Assembly: GCA_963765495.1 (NCBI GenBank)
Contig: CAVXWP010000004.1
Span: 64,001-128,000, forward strand
Length of the DNA stretch: 64,000 nt
Direction: 5' to 3'
Source: Blastocatellia bacterium
GTDB lineage: Bacteria; Acidobacteriota; Blastocatellia; UBA7656
The notes under the pieces are model-generated. The model was not told the DNA's origin, made no database searches, and saw only the letters and a program-made list of their open reading frames with translations. Numbering within the stretch: position 1 is the first letter of the stretch; every line of letters begins with the position of its first letter. The position numbers and the translations under genes were made by a program. Below, piece after piece: positions 58,781-64,000 of this stretch.

Positions 58781-59821
58781 TTATTTGTCTGCTACGGCCT
58801 CTGCCCGGAACGTCACAGTGTAGGCGCTTCCAACGGCGCCTGCCGTCACCTGATGTTCCCCCTTCGCCGCCCCTAACACCCAGACAGCCTCAACACGCCC
58901 TTCCTTGTCGGTAGTCGCGGTTTCAGGATCAGTTTTGCCCTCGCCCTCGGTTACAGTAAACTGCACGAGCGCGCCCTCGACCGCATCCCCCTTACCGTCG
59001 AGAAGCTCAACCACAAGAGACGAGGCAAGCTTCTCTTCCGGCTTCGCCTTCTGCCCGTCGCCCGACACATAACGCAACATACGGGCTTCGCTCAATTGCG
59101 TGACCTGCTCGCTCAAACAAAGAAGCAATTCGTAAAGCAGGTTGTTGTTATAGATGAGCCGCCGCACCGACGATGAGTCGATGCTGTTGTCATTCAGAGG
59201 CAATGAGACGCGAGCCAGCTGCACGCAGGTATCCGGCGCAGTTTCCGGGCAAGCCGCGCCGATTCTATCGCAGAGCAGTTCGTGCAGGCTCTCGGCCACA
59301 GGCGATATCAACTGGCCAAATCCGCAATCGGGCGGCTTCGCAGGATCGGCTTCGCTGAGCCTTACAAGAATGCGAAAACTCTCACCAATAGTGCTGTGCG
59401 CGCAATTGCCGTCAGTTTCGCAGTCGGGCACAAGCACAGGAACCGGGTCGAGTTTTAATTCAGCGTATGCCAGACATATATCGACCTCCCCGGCATCTAA
59501 GGGATCGCCCATCTGTAGGCCGTCATCATCGGTCAGAATACTCGGATCGATGGTGAGTCGTTGAGGGACTATGATCTCGCGGCCCAGACCGTCGAGAGCC
59601 GCGCCCGGTTCGATAAGAACATTCCCGTCGTCGCCCGGCGTTACGCTTAATCCGCAGATGACGCCGCTGCCGATCACAAGCCGATTTATAAGCAGGCGTT
59701 TTTGATTGAAGTACCGCTGCTCTTTTTCAAACTGCGCCACGTCCATCAGCTTGCCGTAAAAGTAATGATTGCGCACGGGGACGACCATCCTGCTTCCATT
59801 GCCGTTTGAACTGGAACCCAT
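58781..59821 (-). CDS. Tail-locus (CIS-like) protein with shared N-terminal domain and C-terminal Ig-like (Big_1-type) domain
   Basis: RNHYFYGKLMD...EQRY...GSGVICGLSV...PGAALDGLGREI; C-terminal VSGDGQ...G.AVEGALVQF...TDKEG...WVLG. RBS aggagga. Confidence 0.78.
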   Translation of the reverse strand: MGSSSNGNGSRMVVPVRNHYFYGKLMDVAQFEKEQRYFNQKRLLINRLVIGSGVICGLSVTPGDDGNVLIEPGAALDGLGREIIVPQRLTIDPSILTDDDGLQMGDPLDAGEVDICLAYAELKLDPVPVLVPDCETDGNCAHSTIGESFRILVRLSEADPAKPPDCGFGQLISPVAESLHELLCDRIGAACPETAPDTCVQLARVSLPLNDNSIDSSSVRRLIYNNNLLYELLLCLSEQVTQLSEARMLRYVSGDGQKAKPEEKLASSLVVELLDGKGDAVEGALVQFTVTEGEGKTDPETATTDKEGRVEAVWVLGAAKGEHQVTAGAVGSAYTVTFRAEAVADK

Positions 59822-59874
59822 TCTAATCTCCTCCTATTGCCCGGAAGACTGACCATCCTTCCCAACCACTCATA

Positions 59875-61104
59875 TCACGCCTCACAGGGAGTACCTTGCT
59901 CGGCAAGCGTCACCGTATCCAGATTTGAGCCGATCTGCGCAGGCTCGGGGCCGTTTGCGATGATGGCATCAATGCCGATGCGCGCCTGCGCGCCCACGCG
60001 CATAGCTGGCTCGATCACTCGCAGATGGGCTACGACATAGGCGGGTTTTTCACGCTCGATGACCGCCTGCAAATCCGAAAGCGCGCCTGCTCTTCTCAGT
60101 TCGGCGCAATAAACGCTCACGCAGAATGTGTGAGCCACATCCTCAAACAGCGCGGCTCCGAAGTCCTCCGCTTTCGTAAGGTGCGAGCCGTCAAGCGTAG
60201 CCGTCCTAGAAACGACCGCGCCCTGAAGCGGACCCGCAGCAAGCATGGTTGTGAAGCCGAGCGAAGATGTCTCTCCGAGCGACCATACGACCGCGCTTTG
60301 TCCCGGTTCTTCGATGTGAGCCTTTACCCCGGCGTATATCTCCAGATAATGTCTCAACCCCTGAACCGTTCCGCGCTCGCCATATAGCCCGAAGGCTTTG
60401 GCCAGAAATGCGCGCGCTTCTTCACCCGACCATCTCTCGTTCAGATCGAAGGCCAGCCAACCGGCAAGCCAGTTGAGCCACGAGGGGAAACCGGCCGAGG
60501 GCGCGGCCTCCGGGTCAAACAGAAGAGGCAAATCGTCAATCGAACCTTCAATGCTTCCGAGCAGGCTTTCGTGAAGAGAGAGAAACCGCTCCAGCAAATC
60601 ACGCGACGCCGGATTTTTTCTATAGATGGCGGGCAAATACTTTATGTAAGTGTCGCGTCCATAAGTGACCCGCGCCTGATGAAGGGCCGGTGACGCGCCG
60701 CCGTCGCCACGCATCACGCCGCCGATCCACAACCGGCGGGCCGGAGGGTTAAGAATCAACAGGTCGGCCAGATCGAGCGGCGCGGCAAGCCAGCCTGAAC
60801 CTCCAAACGGCGTTTCACCATTCAAATCGCTTTGCGGAGAGTTTTCGCCTGTGTAAGTGAAGAACTGAAAATGAGCGCCCGAACCACTCGCATCGGCAAA
60901 CGCCTGCAACCTGTACCAATCGGTTGCGCTCTCTCCCGTTTCGAACGGACCACCGATGAATGCGCCTCGTAGCTCATAGCTTTCATCTGCCAGTTGCTTC
61001 AACCTGAGCGCGCCGTCGGGTGCTATATCGACCGCGTTCGACAGCAGAAAATTTGGCCATTCGTTTGCCAGATTCAGATAGAAATATCCGTTCTCAGTAT
61101 CCAT
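59875..61104 (-). CDS. Phage tail protein, P2 gpI-like baseplate wedge component (TIGR02242-like)
   Basis: KYLPAIY...ERFLSL, LFDP..AP, LNWLAGWL, RGTVQGL and IEREKPAY motifs. The start is set at ATG 61104. Confidence 0.85.
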   Translation of the reverse strand: MDTENGYFYLNLANEWPNFLLSNAVDIAPDGALRLKQLADESYELRGAFIGGPFETGESATDWYRLQAFADASGSGAHFQFFTYTGENSPQSDLNGETPFGGSGWLAAPLDLADLLILNPPARRLWIGGVMRGDGGASPALHQARVTYGRDTYIKYLPAIYRKNPASRDLLERFLSLHESLLGSIEGSIDDLPLLFDPEAAPSAGFPSWLNWLAGWLAFDLNERWSGEEARAFLAKAFGLYGERGTVQGLRHYLEIYAGVKAHIEEPGQSAVVWSLGETSSLGFTTMLAAGPLQGAVVSRTATLDGSHLTKAEDFGAALFEDVAHTFCVSVYCAELRRAGALSDLQAVIEREKPAYVVAHLRVIEPAMRVGAQARIGIDAIIANGPEPAQIGSNLDTVTLAEQGTPCEA

Positions 61105-61112
61105 AAATTTAA

Positions 61113-62024
61113 TCAGCCTTCGATGCCCATCCAGACCACCTGCCACCCCAGTTTCTTGACGATGCCCGGTGCCTGCTGACTGCGCAATGAGGGTGGATTG
61201 ATCGCTATCTGCCCCGATGCAATCGCGGGCAACAGTACCTGAAGCTTGAACTGTTCCGGCGTACCTTCTACGGTTGCAGGATAACCGACCGCGATCAGCG
61301 GCCCCGGCGCGTCACCTAGATACCTGTCGCCTGTCACGTGAGCTACATAACGCGGAGTAGCGCGAAAGCGAGCCTGCGAAGTGTCCACCTGGACCTCGAC
61401 TCCAAGCGCCTGCCCGCCAATCTGCCACAGTTTCCAGTCTGTAGCGTCGGAACCCGTCTGACCCGATGCGATGTAGGGCTGCGCCGAGGGGCGGGCATTT
61501 CGCCGCGCGGCCAGACAGAGCGGGCGACTGAGTTGACAGTTCTTGATCCATGCCTTTGCAAGAATCAATTCAACTCCTTCCGTCAACTGATCAGGTTTAT
61601 GCCAGGAAATGCGCGGCTCGTCTCGCAAACGGACCGTCCCATCGGGCAGACATACGCCTGATTGGCGTTCGGCTACCGTCTGGTCGCTGTCTTCAAGATA
61701 AGAGGCTGTCAGGTAATAGACGGCCTCTTTACCACCAGTCGCTTCGGCGATGGCGGGAACCGGGAGCGATATGGATTCACCCAGTATGATTTCACGCCCG
61801 AGCCGGTCTACCGCATAACCCGGCTCGATTTTTACGGCGCGGGAGCCCCGCCCGCCGGTCACGCCAAACCCCTTAGCTATTCCCCAGCTATGCAGGCTGC
61901 GATTGTGCAACCATCGCAACTCGCGGTTATAATCCTGCAATTCGGTCAGGTCGGCGGCAGTCAATTGCTGGCCAGGGAAAAAGATGATGCGCTCAAGCGC
62001 TGGTATTTCGACATTGTCAGACAT
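61113..62024 (-). CDS. Tail-locus (CIS-like) protein with shared N-terminal domain and VDTS-type C-terminal domain
   Basis: RIIFFPGQQLTAADL...HNRSLHSWGIAKG...PGYAVDRLGREI; C-terminal VDTSQARF..TPRYVA...WQVVWMGIE. Confidence 0.78.
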   Translation of the reverse strand: MSDNVEIPALERIIFFPGQQLTAADLTELQDYNRELRWLHNRSLHSWGIAKGFGVTGGRGSRAVKIEPGYAVDRLGREIILGESISLPVPAIAEATGGKEAVYYLTASYLEDSDQTVAERQSGVCLPDGTVRLRDEPRISWHKPDQLTEGVELILAKAWIKNCQLSRPLCLAARRNARPSAQPYIASGQTGSDATDWKLWQIGGQALGVEVQVDTSQARFRATPRYVAHVTGDRYLGDAPGPLIAVGYPATVEGTPEQFKLQVLLPAIASGQIAINPPSLRSQQAPGIVKKLGWQVVWMGIEG

Positions 62025-62033
62025 CGTTTCTCC

Positions 62034-63005
62034 TCACAGGAAGACGGTATGCAGAATGATCTTCGTCAGGTCAAACACGGGCTCGCCGCCCGTCACAGGC
62101 TCAACGCCAAACCAGGTAAGGTGCCATCTTCGATCTTCGGCCTCCTTCGCCGTGACGATTCTGCCAAACGGAGGCTGCCCCGCGCAGACGATTCGATATG
62201 TGAAACCGTCTGCGGAAACGTCGGCGATAAAACCGAATACTTCGGGCGACAACGTGGGCTGAATTTCAGCAGGCCACCCCGCCCCTTGAAAGAGCGGGGC
62301 CTCCCCCTCACGGTTGCTGAGGTCGCCTTCGAGGGTCGCAAAGTATTGGGGCTTGCGGTGAAATCCGGCCTCTGACGTATCCACTGCTACTTCCAAACCC
62401 AGATGCGCGCCTTCTTCCGTCGTCCACGCCTGCCAGCCCGTCTGACCAGCTTCGGTAATGTCATAATTTACGTGCGGGCGCACATTTGGCCGGGCGTTGC
62501 GGCGTACGGAAAGGTTGAGCCCCCCCTGAATCGTTCCCTGAGCAACCGTAACGGCGACAAGCGGGACCTGTAATCCGAATCGGGCGTCGAGAGGTCTATG
62601 CCATTGAAAATCGGGCCGCTCCTGATTTCTGTCAAATTTATCCGGGCACGATTCGATCATTTCGCGCCGCCTCCCGAATGCCTGATCCTTCCTGTAGCTC
62701 GCGGTCAACACAAACATCTCCGGGCCGTTTACATCCGGGACCGGAACGCTCACGCTTCCGGCCAGTAAAATGTCGCGCCCAGCCTCGTCAATAGCGTAGC
62801 CCGACCCGACGATAACGCCCCGGCTGTCATCCATAATCTGCGCTCTGAAGCCGAGAGCGATTCCCCACGTGTCGTGCAGTTGGAGGTTGTGCGCCGCGCG
62901 TAATCGCGAGTGGCGTAACTGTTCGTCGTTAAGGTCACGAGCCGTCAACAACTGGCCATCGCGATAGGTGATGCGATCAAAGCGGGCGGATAAATCATTC
63001 GACAT
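62034..63005 (-). CDS. Tail-locus (CIS-like) protein, paralog of 61113..62024
   Basis: RITYRDGQLLTARDL..EQ...HN.QLHDTWGIALG...GYAIDEAGRDI; VDTSEAGF..KPQYFA...WHLTWFGVE. The start is set at ATG 63005. Confidence 0.78.
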   Translation of the reverse strand: MSNDLSARFDRITYRDGQLLTARDLNDEQLRHSRLRAAHNLQLHDTWGIALGFRAQIMDDSRGVIVGSGYAIDEAGRDILLAGSVSVPVPDVNGPEMFVLTASYRKDQAFGRRREMIESCPDKFDRNQERPDFQWHRPLDARFGLQVPLVAVTVAQGTIQGGLNLSVRRNARPNVRPHVNYDITEAGQTGWQAWTTEEGAHLGLEVAVDTSEAGFHRKPQYFATLEGDLSNREGEAPLFQGAGWPAEIQPTLSPEVFGFIADVSADGFTYRIVCAGQPPFGRIVTAKEAEDRRWHLTWFGVEPVTGGEPVFDLTKIILHTVFL

Positions 63006-63013
63006 AATGTTCC

Positions 63014-64000
63014 TCAAATCACTTCTAGCTGATACTCGCCCGGCGTCACGACCCACGTAGGGCAGACCCGCAAATTGTCGCACTGGGGATTTCCCGCATC
63101 GGCGCTGAGCGAAAGCTCAAGAACGTGATCTACGCCGGGCACCGTATCGATGACCTGCAAGATTTCACTCCGATAAACATCACGGCCAAAGGGCCACCCT
63201 AACTGGTTTGGGCCCCCGCTTCTCGGGTCGAAAAAGGCATCAAGCGATTGCCTGATGTCTGCCTTTACCCGCGTCCGGTCGGCGCGCTGCAACGTCTGCA
63301 CGCGGGCGCTAACACGCACTTCCAGATAGTGCGGGCCGACTACCTCTATTCGCGTGCAGAGGATTCGACGACGATCCAGAAATCGCTTCACCGATTGCAG
63401 CAACCCCCGGCTGGGTTCGGGTCTGGGGACGGGCAAATCCGGTATGACGATCACGGTGACTACGCCGGGAGATTCCAGACACGGATAATCGGGATGCGTG
63501 GCAGCGAGGGCGCGAACGCGAGCGATATGCGTCCCGGGCACGTCGAGCGCCACCCGTTCGATGTCGAGCAGATTGACGGCTCGCGAAGGCGCGGGCAACT
63601 CGCTGACAATCGCCCGCGCAATCTGATCGAGTGTCGAAACCTTCCGCTCTGCGGAGAGCGAAACCAGCCGTTCGTGAGCGTGCAGCGCCGCAACCGCCCG
63701 CCCCGCCATAGCCGAAAAATCTTCTTCATCCTCGCCACCGCTCGCCCCGCGCGGATTGGAAATAATGTGGGGCAATTGATCCTTGATACTATCGGGCAGC
63801 CCCGCAAACCAGAGCCTGTTTCGCGGCGAATCAGGCGTATGAATTACGCGACTGGCGGAAAGGTTTCCTGCCTTGCCCCGCGTCCATCGGTAATCGACCA
63901 GGATGAGCGCGCCCGGTGGAAAGACTCTCCCCCGCTCACCATCCCCCCCTCTGATTTCGCCGCTCATCGCATCAAGTACAAAATGGAAATCAGTCCGCCC
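63014..64000 (-). CDS. Putative baseplate assembly protein (baseplate J-like, TIGR02243-like), 5' end outside the window
   Basis: The frame is open to the window edge. FVLD..SGEIR.GDG.RGR, G..GN, NP..ASGGEDEE, RAV..D.E..AL, PGVVTVIVIP and GWPFGRDVY.SEI...V.GVD.V motifs. Confidence 0.88.
   Translation of the reverse strand, partial: GRTDFHFVLDAMSGEIRGGDGERGRVFPPGALILVDYRWTRGKAGNLSASRVIHTPDSPRNRLWFAGLPDSIKDQLPHIISNPRGASGGEDEEDFSAMAGRAVAALHAHERLVSLSAERKVSTLDQIARAIVSELPAPSRAVNLLDIERVALDVPGTHIARVRALAATHPDYPCLESPGVVTVIVIPDLPVPRPEPSRGLLQSVKRFLDRRRILCTRIEVVGPHYLEVRVSARVQTLQRADRTRVKADIRQSLDAFFDPRSGGPNQLGWPFGRDVYRSEILQVIDTVPGVDHVLELSLSADAGNPQCDNLRVCPTWVVTPGEYQLEVI

Overview
Bacterial chromosomal window of moderately high GC. 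The gene style suggests Acidobacteriota (Blastocatellia-like), but that is inference. Left to right: (1) a ClC antiporter and a histidine operon (hisZ, hisG, an in-frame hisD-hisC fusion, hisB, hisH), with inverted heptamer-repeat hairpins at four gene junctions; (2) an HNH nuclease; (3) a ~22 kb surface-protein locus with two giant paralogous secreted proteins (3361 and 1775 aa), three tandem phage tail-collar (MdpB-like) genes, two DUF6916-like genes (one with a Tat signal), two GNAT acetyltransferases and a secreted protein sharing a Cys-rich C-terminal domain with the largest protein; (4) a MITE-like element, an AT-richer pabA/pabB/pabC-like islet and a decayed IS; (5) a glgE-treS/mak-glgB-treZ-GH57 alpha-glucan/trehalose operon; (6) a poly-HAMP hybrid kinase-cheR-cheB-hybrid kinase operon; (7) the distal end of a contractile-injection-system/phage-tail-like locus with five paralogous fibre-type genes. 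The best candidate for an undescribed system is locus (3). It includes an apparently split DUF11/Ig domain enclosing >1000 aa and a degenerate zincin-like domain in both giant proteins. No rRNA, tRNA or CRISPR array was seen. All family assignments come from motif recognition by eye, not from database searches.
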